From: Chara braunii
Lineage: Eukaryota; Plantae; Charophyceae
Reading direction: 5' to 3'
Assembly: GCA_003427395.1 (NCBI GenBank)
Contig: BFEA01000029.1
Span: forward strand, 1,474,976-1,531,124
Length of the DNA stretch: 56,149 bases
The translations under genes and the position numbers were made by a program. Positions 13,961 to 27,495 of this stretch are shown piece by piece. Every line of letters starts with the position of its first letter. Within the stretch, counting starts at the first letter, position 1. The notes beneath the pieces are model-generated. The model was given only the letters and a program-made list of their open reading frames with translations, did not search any database and had not been told where the DNA came from.

Positions 13961-14204
13961 ACATTTTTTTTTCTATTTTTTTAATTATTTTTTAACATAT
14001 AAAAAATCAGCCCCCCCCAATTTTTTGATTTTTTTTTTTTTTTTTTGCATAGGCCTGCAGCGGCCAACGTGCGCAGGTCAACAGCGCGCGCGGATTTTGA
14101 GGGCGCACGCCCGCCTGCGCGTGGCGCGGCCGCGCGCGGACTCGGCCGCGGACTCGGATCCTGCGGCCGCGGCCTAGGTTGCCACGTAGGAGCGAGGTAC
14201 TGGT

Positions 14205-14550
14205 GGTTTAAACAACCAGTACCTTTCCCATCTATTATTTTAGAGGCACACTGGGTAACGTGGTGGCTTGAAACGGAAGGGCGGTTGCTGATAAATCGAA
14301 TCACCGGCCACACTTGAATTTCGGGCTGGCCCGTAGTGCCTGCGGTCAATACAGCAAGAGTTCACGATTATTAGCCCTTAAACCACCAGTACGTTTTTCA
14401 TCCATTTTTTCAGAGGCACACTAGGTAACACGCTGGCTTGAAACGGAAGGTGGTCGTCGATAAATCGAATCGATGGCCACTCTTAGTTTTCGGGCTGGTG
14501 AGTAGTGCTTGTGGCCGACATAGTATGGGAAAGGGTTTAAACTACCGGCG
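14205..14550 (+). repeat. ~175-bp diverged tandem duplication
   Basis: AGAGGCACACT...GGCTTGAAACGGAAGG...GATAAATCGAATC...TTTCGGGCTGG occurs twice. Confidence 0.8.
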
Positions 14551-16384
14551 CGTTTCCTGACAAAATATCGTTGATATGGCATGATGTGCACCGCATCCTT
14601 CTGGATGTGCCGGTCTGCTCTGCAGTGATAAACTCTGGCCTAACGGGGCAGTTCAAAAATGGATGAATTTGGCTTCCCAAGTCAGATCGGTACATCCCAA
14701 GGACGTGTCAGAGAAATTTGGTTTGGAAACATACAGGGGGTGCAATGAGTATCGAACATGAGGGGCAAAGGGGTTCTGGGCCGTTCAAGTTGTTCACAAA
14801 TGCAGGTTTATTTAAGGTTGTTAGATTTGAGTGATTCTAATTTGTTGGATTGATCGATGCAATAGCTGGAAGTTTGCAGCGGGGGGTCCCACAAAAAACG
14901 ATTTGCAGCACGGGTTCCCACAAACAGTTTGCAGCGTGTCGGCGAACAATGGAACACGAGGGCAGCAAACACTGTGGACGTAGAGTGTTGATTTATGTGA
15001 ACATCTCACTATGTCAGTGAACAAGGAAACACAAGGAGGAATATCGCGCTTGTTTTTTTTTCATAATTTTTTTTATCCTTTTTGTTTACAGGGATCTCTT
15101 GGCCTCTGCCCGACCGCCTGGGTAACCGAGGTGACCCCAGCGGTTGGTAACACATGTTCGTGAGTTGCTTTACCCTTGTTCTTTTATTTTTTGCTAGGTA
15201 TTGATAAAAACGTAAGCTTTGACACCTTTTTTCTTTTTTAGGGATTGATAGAGAGAACGAGAGGAATGGAGGATCAACATGGATCATTAATCAACACGAT
15301 AATATTGTCGCGCTTGTTTTTTTGCTTATATTCTGTATAGCACACCGAATATGTTCGGCGCCCCACCGAGCAACCGAACATGTTCGGATGCTCGGCCGAG
15401 CATAAATTAGGGGGTTGCCAAGCGCATCCTCGTGTGTGTGGGGTGTGTGGGGTGTGTGGGGTGTGTGGGGTGTGTGTGGGGTGAGTGTGTGTTCGTGTGT
15501 GGTGTATGTGTGTGTGTGTAATTTGAGGAGTGATGAGCAATGGTCGTCAAGGCTCCCAAACTCCTATATGTATAAAACAAAAAATTTAAAATGAAAAAAT
15601 AAAAATGTTCAGGCTCTGTCTATTTTGGGGCACTTTCGGGCTGGGTGCCGAGCCTTCGGGTTTGGTCACCGAGCCCGAATGCGATGCTACGCAGCTTATG
15701 TTTTAAAGTGCAACAAGTTGGTCTTCAAATTGATAATTAAACACAAAAAAAATCAAAACGTTTGCGTAATTTTGAAAAATGGTGTATCTGGCCTAATCTA
15801 TTACAAAATAAAGATCGACGTCATTTGATCTCAAAGATCGAGCACTCGAGATAACCCCTTTGTGATATTGTACAGGCAATGTTAGCTTGACATAAGTGAT
15901 TTGATTAAGCAACATGGGAACTAAAGCCTAAAGTTGCCTTTTTATTTTATTTGAAGGACTGATTCCCTTCACATAAAAAACGAATTACTTATTTAAGGAC
16001 TATAGGAAATATCAACCTTATATATACACTGCACACTTAAGTGCCACCACCCGAATTTGATCAATAATGTCGATTGAACTTCGAACGTTCGCTAACCCCT
16101 TCCAAAGCATTTGGCGGAATATTTTTTTTTCCTTTCTCATTTTTCTAAATGCAAAAGTTGTTTGAGACGGGAGGAAAACTACCCACTGAACACCCTTGAA
16201 GCCCTTTGTCCCCACAATGTGCGCATGCATGTGTGTGAGTGTGTGTGAGTGTGTGTGCGTGTGTGCGTGTGTGCGTGTGTGCGTGTGTGAGTGTATGTGT
16301 ATGTGTGCATGTGTGTGAATATGAGTGTGTATATGGTCGAGGGGGGGGGGGGGGGGGTTGCGATTGGTATCGCCTTGGTACTCT

Positions 16385-17225
16385 GGGGAGGTCACCCATC
16401 GTACAAGTTTGTTTCGGTTGCTCAACTGGATGACCTTGGTGACACATAATATAAAGTAAGATAAAGTGGTTCTCATTAGTAATTGACAACTTTTTTTTCT
16501 CCTTTCCTACCAAATATATGTGAATTTTGAAAAAATGGATCGATGAAAAAGGAAGATTTGCCTTGTTAAGTTAAACTTTCATAAATGACTTTAAGCAGCA
16601 GCTTCAAGCTAAAAATGAAAAATTGTTCTTTATTTATTTAAAAGGATGAGATTTAAAAAAAAATGAATCGATGAAAAACGAAGATTCACCTTGTTAAGTT
16701 TAACTTTCGTAAATGACTTTAAGATGTGAGGAATAAGCAGAAGTTTCAAGTTACAAGTGAAAACTTGTTCTTTTTTTGTCTAAAAGGATGAGATTTCACT
16801 TGAATTTTGAAGCTGCTAGTTAAACTTAATAACGTGAGTCTTCATTTTTCATCGATTCATTTATTCCAAGTTAACATGTATATATAAAAAAAAATGATAT
16901 TTCATTTGTCATTTGAAGCTACTGCTTATACTTCACACCCTAAATTCATTTAAAAAATTCAAACTTAGCAAGATCAGTCTTTATTTTTCATCGATTTATG
17001 CGATTGATTGAATAATTGCCTCACTGCCTCCCCCCGTTAAACTTAACGAGGCGAATCTTCCTTTTTCATCAATTTTTTTAAAATTCACATATATTTGGTA
17101 GGAAAGGGAAAAACAAAATTATCAATTCCTAATGAAAACCACTTTATCTTACTTTGTATTATGTGTAACCAAGGTCATCCAGTTGGGCAACCCAGACAAA
17201 CTTGTACAATGGGTGACCTCCTCGG
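16385..17225. mobile_element. AT-rich fold-back/MITE-like element, left part
   Basis: 16385-16570 is the inverted complement of ~17036-17222. 16385-16997 is also a ~600-bp direct repeat of 45761-46345. Confidence 0.75.
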
Positions 17226-18849
17226 TGTCGACCGGTAGAAGTATCTGCCGGCCTGCGGAATCGACCTCGTCCCCTCCCGCATCTGTCACCCACAGGGAGG
17301 CCGGTTCCGGGCTCCTGTAACCTGTAAAAAAAGAACGTTAATACTTGACAAAATCAAGACGAGGGGATAAGGGATAACAAGGAGCGATATGAAATAAACA
17401 GAGTCTCTGAAACTATTATTCTGATTCCACTCATTCCCCCACACCGAAGTCTGTTTAATCCCTCACAAATCCATTGTACTAGGCTTGCATTTTATTCCAG
17501 TGTCGATTGATCTCCTCTCGTTTCTACGGTTAGTCCCTTTCCTCACCCTGCAGCGTCAGTAACAGTTGTCCGCCTTCAGGGATCAGGGCTCAGAGGTCTG
17601 ACCTCCGCAAATTGTTTATGTGATTGATATCTGCCAACAGATTCAGGGTATGATCCGCTGCCACTATCGCTGAATCTGAGTCTGCCTAGGTCTCAGCTCA
17701 ACCCCTAACTTGAGTCCACGAATCTTGGTGAGTTCATTTCCTGAGGCGACGGTGTCGGCTGATTGGGCTCAAGCCCGCTGAGACCAGGAGGTTGAATCAT
17801 GTGCTTGTTGTTTCTGTTCCCAGACGATATCTGTTTGCTGGTTCGATTCCTGCTGGCCCAAGTTTACCGTGATCGGCAGGCTAAGTCCTTGAGTCCGCCC
17901 ATCCGCCGATCCGCGTTTTGCTGGCACGTGATTCGCAGACCTGCGGCTGTTCACTTTGGCTTTGCCGCCTGGAGATCCGCTACCGCTGAGCGGTTTTCTG
18001 AATTTTGGTCTCGGGTCCGATCTGTATCTGGTCTTAGTCTGTTGAGGTCTGGTATCAATCTGTCTTGAATCTGATCAAAGTTCTGAACTTAGTGGTCCTC
18101 TGTGGTCTCAAGTCTGAGTCCAAAGCCGCAGCTTCAAACCTGAGTCCCGCTGCTGCGGCTTGAGCCTGATTTCTGGAATCTACAATCCCCTGTTCCCCGA
18201 GTGTGAGTTTCGCCGCTGCCTGCCATAGTCTGCACGTTCTCGCTCCTGAGGTTGTTCTTTGAAAAGGATCTTGAGTCCAATCCCGAGTTTAATCCCAGGT
18301 TTGTCCCTGTAAGAGGGTTAAGCTGGCTTTTGCAGACCGGGATTTGCAGAGTTTTCTCCACGGTGTCTCTGAGTTTGATGTCTCCGCATTTCTGTCGTTG
18401 CTCTTTGCAAAGCTTTTGCCGAATTTGTTTCATTGCCCAATTCCTGATCCTCCTGTGCTCTCGCAGGGGACTGTTGTACCCGGATTGTTGGTTTAGGCCG
18501 TTGGTTCAGAACAGGAGTCACAATTTTTTATTTTTTTTTGACAATTTTTTTATATTATAAAATCACGAGGCCGGGGCCCTCACAGTCTACCCGGAAAAAG
18601 CTGGGGCCAATACCCAGTTTAGGCTAGGCTGGAAACCGGGTCCAGCATCCCTCATTTCTTGAGTAGTGATCAATCACTTGAAATAATAAGAATTTCCTCT
18701 GGAGTGTAGCTGAAAATGCTACACTAACTGGCGAATCAGTTCTAACTAATATAAGGACCAAAAATTAACAAAATCTACTACTAACCTGTACAGCAAAGTC
18801 TGCGAAAAAAATTATTTACAATTTGTACAATAGCACGAAAAAGAAGAAA

Positions 18850-21800
18850 ACTCAGTCAGGCTCAATGGCCCAGGTTCTTCTTGCTTCTAGAATCCTGGAG
18901 AAAATCAGTCTGCCCTTTTGGTCAGGAATCGCCCAGCAGTAATCTTTACTCCAGATCTTGATGAAGGTTTGCCGCTGCATTTCCCCAATCGACCAGTATG
19001 ATGTGCATCATTCCCTCCTTAAATTCAGCTTTAACCTTGTCTAGGAATGAGGCAGTCTCCTTGAACCTGACCTTGTTTCGTTCCTTCCATAGGATCCACA
19101 TACCAAGGATTATGACCGTACGAACTACTATGGGGAGGGACAAGTCCACTCCTCCAAGGATGAGCTTTTTAGTCCATTGAATGTCGATATCTGAATCCTT
19201 GTAGGCTTTCTTCCATTCTGCCTGCCACCAGGCCCAGGATTTCTGGGCCAACTCGCACTCCCACCAGATATGTGCTTGATCTTCAAGTTGGTGATTTGAG
19301 CAGGTGGTACAAAAGAGACTTACCTTCATTCTTCTGGACACACACCACTTTCCTGTAAAACCACTCTGATGGATGATTAGCCATTCAAGGTTGGCGTGCT
19401 TGACCACCTGATAACTCTTGATCTTCTTCCCAAACGTTTTGGCCCAGTCAATGTTGCATCGTGGGAGATCTTGCATTACCTGTGTTCTGTCCCATGTCCC
19501 TTTGACAGAAACACATAGCTCGTTGGCTCTCGTCTTCAGCCGGTATCCCAGAGAGGGGGAGTAGTCTGAGATGGCTACTGTGGAAAGATTCTCAGAGGTA
19601 TTAACCCATCCAAAGGACGTAGGGTCCACCTTAGCTTCAACCAAGGGTTTTGTACCTAAGACTGGAGAGAATATGATCTTGTCTCCTGCTTTTGTCTTTT
19701 GGATCGTCTGCTTAACTCTGATTTGGGAGAGGGAGTGTGAGTCCAGTGCTGCCAAATTTGCTTTCTTTTTTGCCAACACATTTTTCTTACTTTCCTATTC
19801 CGAAGCCAGAACTGTATCATCATCTAAAACCTCCTTTATCCTCCAATATCTTTGTGGATCCGTTTTCTCGGTAGTCCAAGTGTCTATAGGCTAATGATAG
19901 TTCCTCAGCAAGGCACAACAGTGCTGAGGGACTGCTTTTTGGACTATGGGGAGACAGGTGTGGACATCCCTTGAATTGCCCAGAATGTCCACCAACAGCC
20001 TTGCATCTTTCCAATCCATTCTTTCTGTGTCCCAAATGTGTTTCATCTGAAAAAGTGGTTGCACCAAAACTTCGTCCCTGGTTTTGGGGTTGCAGATCAG
20101 GGAGGGAAAAACTATCTTCCATGCCTGGATAACAACTTTCCAGAATTCGTTTGTCACCCTCTTCTCTAAGAAGGGTTTAAATAGAAAGCAAAACCACACA
20201 TCTTTCGGGTTGCTCAATTCTCATTCCTCTCCAAGAATGTGCTCAGCAAGTAAAATCCAGGGAGCCTGTTCCTGACATAGAATCCCTCTAATAACCCATT
20301 TACATAATAAGGCTTGATTCTGTGTGACCGGGTCTAGAATACCCAGGTCTCCCTCATTCTTTTTCTGAGTGATTTTCCACCAAGCAACTTTGGGCAGGGC
20401 GTTGCCACATTCAATTGTACCCTTCCATAAGTATTTGGAGGAAATTGCCTTGATGCGTTTTGCTGAACTTGGAGCTAAGGCTTTGACAGTGAGTACATAC
20501 CACATTGTGGAAAAGACCACAGCATTCAAAACCATAGCCCTACCGAATAAGGAGATGGACCAAAATTTAGACCAGGTACCCAGTCTGTTCAAAACTTTCT
20601 CCTCTAGCAGTGCATTTTGCCTGGCCTGATTGTCAGAAAATGAGATTTCCACTCCGAGAAATCTCTCCGAGGTACCACAGTCCTTGAGTTTCATACCCAG
20701 ATCTAGGGTCAGTGGACTTTGATCTCTGGACAAAATCACTGATTTGTTCCAACTTACCTCGGCTTCGGATGCCTTCTCAAAGAGGTTTAGGCAATCCGCT
20801 ACTCCTCTCAGGGAGGAGGAAGAGTTATGAGAAAATACTGACAGATCGTCGGCCAGTGCCGAAGCTCGAAATTCGAGCCTAGGCGCGATCTGTAACCCAA
20901 CGATATCAGGGTGGTTCCTGATCATTTCTAACAGAACTTCTTGTTGAATCACATATAGCAACGGTGCAAGAGGGCATCCCTGTCTAAGTGACCTAGAGAG
21001 TGTGAATGGTTCAGATTTCATTCCATTGACGATTACCAAAGCCTGTGAGTCCTGATATAGCATTCTAACCCAGATACAGTACTTTGGGTCGAATCCTCTC
21101 CTGCTGAGAACTTTCATCACGAAGTTCCAGTTCACTCTATCGTATGCTTTCTCGAAATCGATGAGTAAAATTATTTCATCTGATTCCCGAGCCTTAATGA
21201 CTTCAATGGCCTGCATCATTGTGACCACATTATCTAGGATTTGTCTGTCGTGGACAAACCTAGACTGATCGGGGTGGACCAGTTGTGGAATGATTGTTGT
21301 GATTCTCCTTGCCAAGGTTTTTGCTAGGATTTTCCCAGAAGTGTTGAGGAGTGTGATAGGTCGCCAATTTCTGACGTCTGTTTTATCGTTCTTTTTGTAG
21401 AGAAGGGATATAGCCCCTTCCATCATTCCTCTACCCAGTTTCTGGCCCTGCAAAACTTTGTTGAAGATACTGAGAAGAATTGGTCCAAAAATAAGCCAGA
21501 ATTCACGAAAAAAATTTGTGGGCAGGCCATCTGGGCCTGGGCATTTGCCCACGGCCATACTGTACAGCGCACCGGAAAGTTCTTCCAGTGTAATCTCCTT
21601 ATCCAACTCTGTTCTGACCTCCTCAGAGATGAGGGGAGTGATACCTTGCCATAGCATGGTTTCCTCATCTTGTTCCACAAGAGATAGCATGGGGTTCTTC
21701 TCAGAAGTGAGAAGATGTGCGTAGAAAGTGCGAACATATCTGCATATGCTCTCTGTGTCCCTGGCAGCAGGTTCATCAGGACTGAATGGATGTCTCATCT

Positions 21801-22986
21801 CTCTCATAGTGCTTTGTCCTCCGTTCGAAGAGGTCTTAGAGAAGAAATCTGTACACATTCTATCATCCTTAACTATCTTTGAGACTGCTGAGTATTTGGC
21901 CCACTATTCTTCTCGTTGAATTTTGAAGCTTTCCCATTCTCTATTCAGTCTGATCTTTCTTTCTATCCAGTATGCCTGAGAGTCATCATTGCGTGCGATA
22001 TGTGTTTCTGCAACCACCACCTTCTTTCTGAAGTCCCCTTCTTTCTTCAATTTGTCCTTAGCAAGAATGTAGGAAAAAGTGCTAAGCCAGCAAGAGGTTT
22101 GTTGAATACCCCTGTCAAACCACTCGCTTTCTTCTGCAAAATTCCCGATTTCCTGCTTCCAATCGTGCCAAAATTCCTTGACCCATTCAATTACTCCTTC
22201 ATTCTCAAGCACACACAGATTCAGTCTGAATAAGTCTTTTTTCCTTGCGACAGGTTTTGTCACACTGATGTCCAAGGTCAAAGGTTTGTGGTCAGACATA
22301 GGGTCGAAGTGAACCTCACAGGCCAGAATTTTGTCCGAGATTTGACTACTTGTGAACCAATAGTCTAGTCGTTTGCTTACCGGTGTACCTGAGGCGGCGG
22401 ACCAGGTGAACTCTATTTTTTCTGGAAACATAGTTCTGAAGACATCCACTAGGTTATGATCACACAGAAAACTATGCAGTTTCCTGCTTTCTGCTCCGTT
22501 CCCTTTCCGGTTAGAGGAATCCAAAACGGGATCAATGGCTATATTCCAGTCACCTCCTATTATCAGGTTGGGTGAATCTGGAATGACATAATCGATAACT
22601 TTCATGAAGAGAAATCTTTCTCTGTGGTCGGAGGGAAGGTAAATGGACAAAAAGGTCCATACCTCTCCCTCAATCACGAGCTTCGCCCAGACCCATCTCC
22701 CAAATGAATCCTTCCAACTATCAACACATGTGCATTTAAGGTCTCTGTGTACGAGGATAGCCGTGCCATTTTTGGAACCATCTGCTGGAGACCACCACTG
22801 GTCCCCAGTCCACCAACCCTGGATATCGTCAATCTTTTCTTGGTTCAGTTTCGTTTCTTGTAACAGGATGACTTGGACCTTGTGTTGATGGATCCATGTT
22901 TTTAACCGTGCCTTCTTCCTTTTCCCGTTGTTGTCCCCTAAACCCCTGACATTCCAAGTCAGCACTCTAATCTTGTTGTCTTTCAT
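18850..22986 (-). pseudogene. L1 ORF2 (apurinic endonuclease + reverse transcriptase + zf-RVT-like C-terminus), disrupted
   Basis: APE motifs TWNVRGL, LLQET, GGDWN, KRLDY and SDH. RT motifs GPDGLP, NWRPITLLN, DFEKAYDRV, LRQGCPLAP and LADD. C-terminal CTTC...HIWWEC. In-frame stops at 21904-21906 and 20221-20223, and frameshifts near 19.8-19.9 kb. Confidence 0.93.
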
Positions 22987-25438
22987 TTACTCCTCCTTGA
23001 GTGCCCCTTGGTTGGATTGGGTGGGTGGGATCTGTTGCCGCCTTTGGAGCTTGGTCCGTGGACCAAGGTAGCTTAATCTGCTCCTTGAATTTTTTGGAAC
23101 CCAGATTAAACTTTCTCGGGATCTGCGCATTAATGCTGAGAAGGCATTCAGCTCGAATGCCGTCCAAGATTTCAATGACCGCCAGATCTGTCTTATTAGT
23201 AATCCTGAGCCATTGAATCGGGACCCAATGATAGCCAGCATCAGCTATTCTGGCATCCAAACCTTCCAAGGGACGACCATTAATCAATGCTGAGACCACA
23301 ATGTATATCTGTCCTGAGGTACCTTTCTGGATATCGCTTCTAAACGTGCCATAATCTTGCATTAGCCTTACCTCGTATCTTGAGCTCGTCATGTTTGTGG
23401 CTCGATCCAGTATCGAATCGAGACTTCGTTGCTGCTCAGATTGCCAGGCCGGGAGTAGGAGCGGCCCTTGGCCCTGTGGGACCAATAGCCACTGCGCCTC
23501 TACCGGCCTGTCTCTGAAGATGATAGGGCACGAGAAAAATTTGACTGAGGTACCTTGTTGCGAGAGATCCTGTGGGATGGTTTCCATCCCTTTATTCCTC
23601 GTTGTTGCTGCTGATTGCTGTTGGTTCTGACTTTGGGATCCTATGTCGTGCTGAAGGAAAATTTCTTCCCGCAGAGTGGTAGCTTCAAAAGAAGAAACCA
23701 TCTGAGAGACCGATCCTGCTTGTCGTACCGTATTTACTATCTCTTCTGTGTCATGGGCAGTCTGCCCATAATTCCATTCAGGTTCAGTGAAGTCAGGTCG
23801 AGCGTACTTCGATGGAGACACCAACAAGAATCCTTCGACTGTTTCGGCCCCAGTCCCTTGAACCCGATTGACCGAGACAGAGAGACCTCTGTTTTCACCC
23901 ATTTGTGCCGAGGAACGACCCTTGCCCGTAGCTAGAGAGGCTTCGGGAGTGGGTCTCTTTCCTCTACCATTCGCGGGACTGGGTAAAGGACTTTTACTAA
24001 ACAGAGGGGATGCTGGGGTAGAGTTTCTTCCTCTTCCCCAGGTAGTGGTGTTATCTGCAGGTCGAAGACCTGACTCAGTTGAAGAGACTGAATGTTTGAA
24101 TGGCCTTGTCCCCGTGTGAATACTGCTGTGTACGTTTGTGCTTCCAAATCCTCCTCCAGTGGTGGATTGAGGGTCTTCTGGCTCATGTCTTTGTTGGGGA
24201 GTTACTTGCCTCTCTTGTAGGGACGCCGTGGCGTGTCCACCGGGGCCCTCTGCATTGCTGGTCTCAGGGGAACCGTTTGCCGGTACCCCTGTCTGGAGGG
24301 GTCCAGACATCGGCTCTCCTGACCTTCGGCCTCCTGCATTCGGAGGTGGGTCTGACGGGAGCGGGACAGATTGTTGCATAAGTGGAGGGGGGGCTCCCGA
24401 CATCGGCACTCCTGACGCCTGGAAACCAGAGGTCAGGGGTTGGCCGGCCTGAGTTGGGACTGTTTGTTGCACGGGAAAAGAGGAGGGAGGGGGGGGAAAG
24501 GGGGAGGGCGGGGGAGGCATCCCTTCCCTTTCCTCTCGTGCCTTCCCTTTGGGATTGTTGGGTACTGGTCTGTCTCCTTATCCCGTAGAGTTCCTAGAGG
24601 AGCTTTTGGTTTGTTGACAGTCCTGCGTCTCATGTCCATACCAGCGGCAATTGTTGCAATGCCGAGTGAAACAGTCAACCAAATCCGCGGTAAGGATGTC
24701 CAAACCCAGGATAATCTGGATTCGGGGGTTAAAATTCTCCTTGTCTGCAGGATTTAAACCAAACTTAATATTGACCAAGTGTGGATTTCCCTCATCATAT
24801 ATGGGGTCGAAATCCTTAATCACTTCGCCAATCGATTGGCCAATCATCGTGCGCAGAGTCAAATATGCGCCGATTGGGACTTTAATAGCCATTACCCAAT
24901 AATTCTCCTTCTTCTCTTTGTCCCTCAGCTCATTCCACTCATTCTTTGGCAGCCAGGATCTGATAAGTACTTTGTACCACTTGCCCTTCAGTTTAAATTT
25001 CTCCAGATCCTTCTTAATCAAGACGTCCCTGATTTCTTTGGAGCGCGCTATGTACGTAACTATATGTTATCCTTCAACATGGGTAGTACCACGACCTAGA
25101 GCGAGTTGTTGGGGAGATAGCTTGCCTCCCTCCAAGTTGCGGATCAAGAGCAGTTTTTCTGAACTGCTGATGAAGTTGGTCGGGCCCTGAAAAGCATATA
25201 CAACCGTATGCTCTTTCAGCCATTGGATCTGAATCCGATTGAAGTCATCGCTCGGTATGCCCTTAATAACCCCATTGATGACCCTTGTCCTCACGTACCG
25301 GCTAACATCTGGGATGTTGCCTTGCGAATAGCATTCCTGCAGAAGCTTCCTGATTCTTACCTCTTCTTCTTCTGAGATAGGCTCACTCCAGCTTTCTGTT
25401 GGAGGGTCTCCTTCAGCGAAGGGGTCTTCAGGATCCAT
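22967..25438 (-). pseudogene. L1 ORF1 (zinc knuckle, Pro-rich linker), disrupted
   Basis: Fragments 25067-25486, 24578-25021 (CNNCRWYGHETQDC = CX2CX4HX4C) and 22967-24520. The ORF1 end overlaps the ORF2 ATG by 20 nt. Confidence 0.82.
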
Positions 25439-27360
25439 TGGACAGTCTGAGGTTGAAATGAAAGGCAGGTTGAGGAGGAATTCCAAAATCAGGATAGGAG
25501 ATGGGAGTTGACAAGGGAGAGTCAGAAGTAGACGAGGAATCAGGTGTGGAGATTCGAATAGAGTATTCCAGTTAGGTTATAATACTGGAATACCGTGGAT
25601 CCTAGGATCCAACATTCTTACTTAGAATTCCCACGGTGGTTGGACCTACCCAATTTAGCTTGAGTTTGTCTCTTCTATTACGAGGTCGGGGAGGAAAAAA
25701 CCCGCGCTGAAGTGTCACCAATGAAAACGTCGTTTAAAGACAAAACATCATCATGATGATTCAATAATTTAAACGGAGGTCCCTTGTAGTGAGGGGTTCG
25801 AAAAGAGTTCTTTTTCCGAAAAAAAGAATCTCGGATTCAGGAGGACCCGCCCTAGGTCATACCCACTCAGGAGAAGGCAGCCCTAAGTTCGAAATCGATC
25901 CCGTGGCGACCTCCTCTCCGAGAGCGGAGGAAAGAAAAGAACAATCCGCCCAGAATCTCCGAAAATACCAATAATAGGATGGACCAGAGAGATACCGCTC
26001 CTTCCCTGCAAGACGTAGTCCAATACCTAAACAGTGATTTACTAATACGGAAAAAGAACAAGAAGTTGCTGAGGCATAGTACTGAGCTCTATTGACCATT
26101 GCAGAAGGACATAAAATTTTGTCCAGAATACTTATCAGCAATAAGCGACAAAAATATAATTATCATTCTCAAGCTTCTCAAAAAGGAAGTTCGAGGGAAA
26201 GAAGGTCCGGAGAAAAAGAGGACAGTAATTTCTCCCACAAAGTAGACGCTCGCTACCTTTCAGAGAACATTACTTGAGGAGAAAAAGCGAAAATTCTCAT
26301 CCCATAGTGTAACGATACCATAGGAGTGAAGACAATTCACCGTATCAGAGTTACTGCGCCATTCGAGGAGAGCATTACAACTCGAGGATCGAAAAAAAGT
26401 TATGATGTTACCTTGTCTCTCTGCGTGGTATAGAAAGAGTCTCGGCGGAGAATTCTTGCCATTCACAGCGCATAATAAAACTGCGCAACGCCTGTGGACG
26501 AGATGCCATTTGGCATATCATCACTAATTGCTGGGTTAACAAGAGTTGATAACTGTTTGAGAACTTTGTCCCAGTCCCTACGTGCTACGGTGAGATAGCC
26601 TGTATCTGAAAGCCTTGACTGGCTAGAGCACTTCCCCTGATGTCGAGTGCCTGAGTGGCTATGGCGACATCGTTCCGGGTTAGGTGAGGTGACCTAATTC
26701 GTCACCGTGTGCTCGTGCAGGCGCAGCTTGGCGCCACTTCGAGCGCACCTTGTTGCCTCTCTTTTCTTCTTTTTCTGCATGACTGACCAGACTAACAACA
26801 ACAAACACCCTGCTAAACACCCCATCCCTGCTCTTGTGTGGCACTCCGAACAGGCAGCAACATAGCTGAGAGGAGTAGGGCTGAGGTGAGTAAGGTAGTC
26901 ACTGCCGGCAACCAACACCCAGTGGCCTTACTTGCTGAAATTTCTTATCTATTCCTAATTCTTCTGCAATCTAGCAAAGAGAGTGGGGAGCTAGTTATGA
27001 TCACGCGCCGTAATTAGGGTGAAGAGGCTCCTCCCCTGCTCAGTTAATCCCCTGCTCCCCAGGGCAATCAATGCTGGCAGGACCTGTCCTACATTGTTGT
27101 TGACAATTCTCAACTGTACCACATCTATAAGGGACGCTGGACCCGTTTTCCAGCAGGTGTTGCTCCCCACCAATAGATGGAGCCTATCCCCATGTGCTAA
27201 CGGCGGCTGCTCTTATCACCGTCGTTAGCACCGAAGGGATTGTTTTCTGGAAGGGGGGGGGGGGAAAAAAAAAAAATCTGAAAATTTGAGATCTTTTGAT
27301 TAATTACTCAGAGCACGAACAATCAACTTAGCAAAATCCAATCAATCTTCCGCCATGGGC

Positions 27361-27495
27361 AGTTAGAGGTGGTAGGGGGCGGCAAAGGACGGTTAGGGTT
27401 GGTTGGGGACGGTTAGGGGTGATAAGGGGCGGTTAGGGGCGGTTGGGGACGGTTAGGGCCGGTTAGGGGCAGTTGGGGACTGTTAGGGGTGGTTA
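27361..27495 (+). repeat. G-rich 10-bp tandem repeat (GGTTAGGGGC-like)
   Basis: About 12 degenerate GGTTRGGGRY units followed by one N and an A-tract. Confidence 0.9.
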
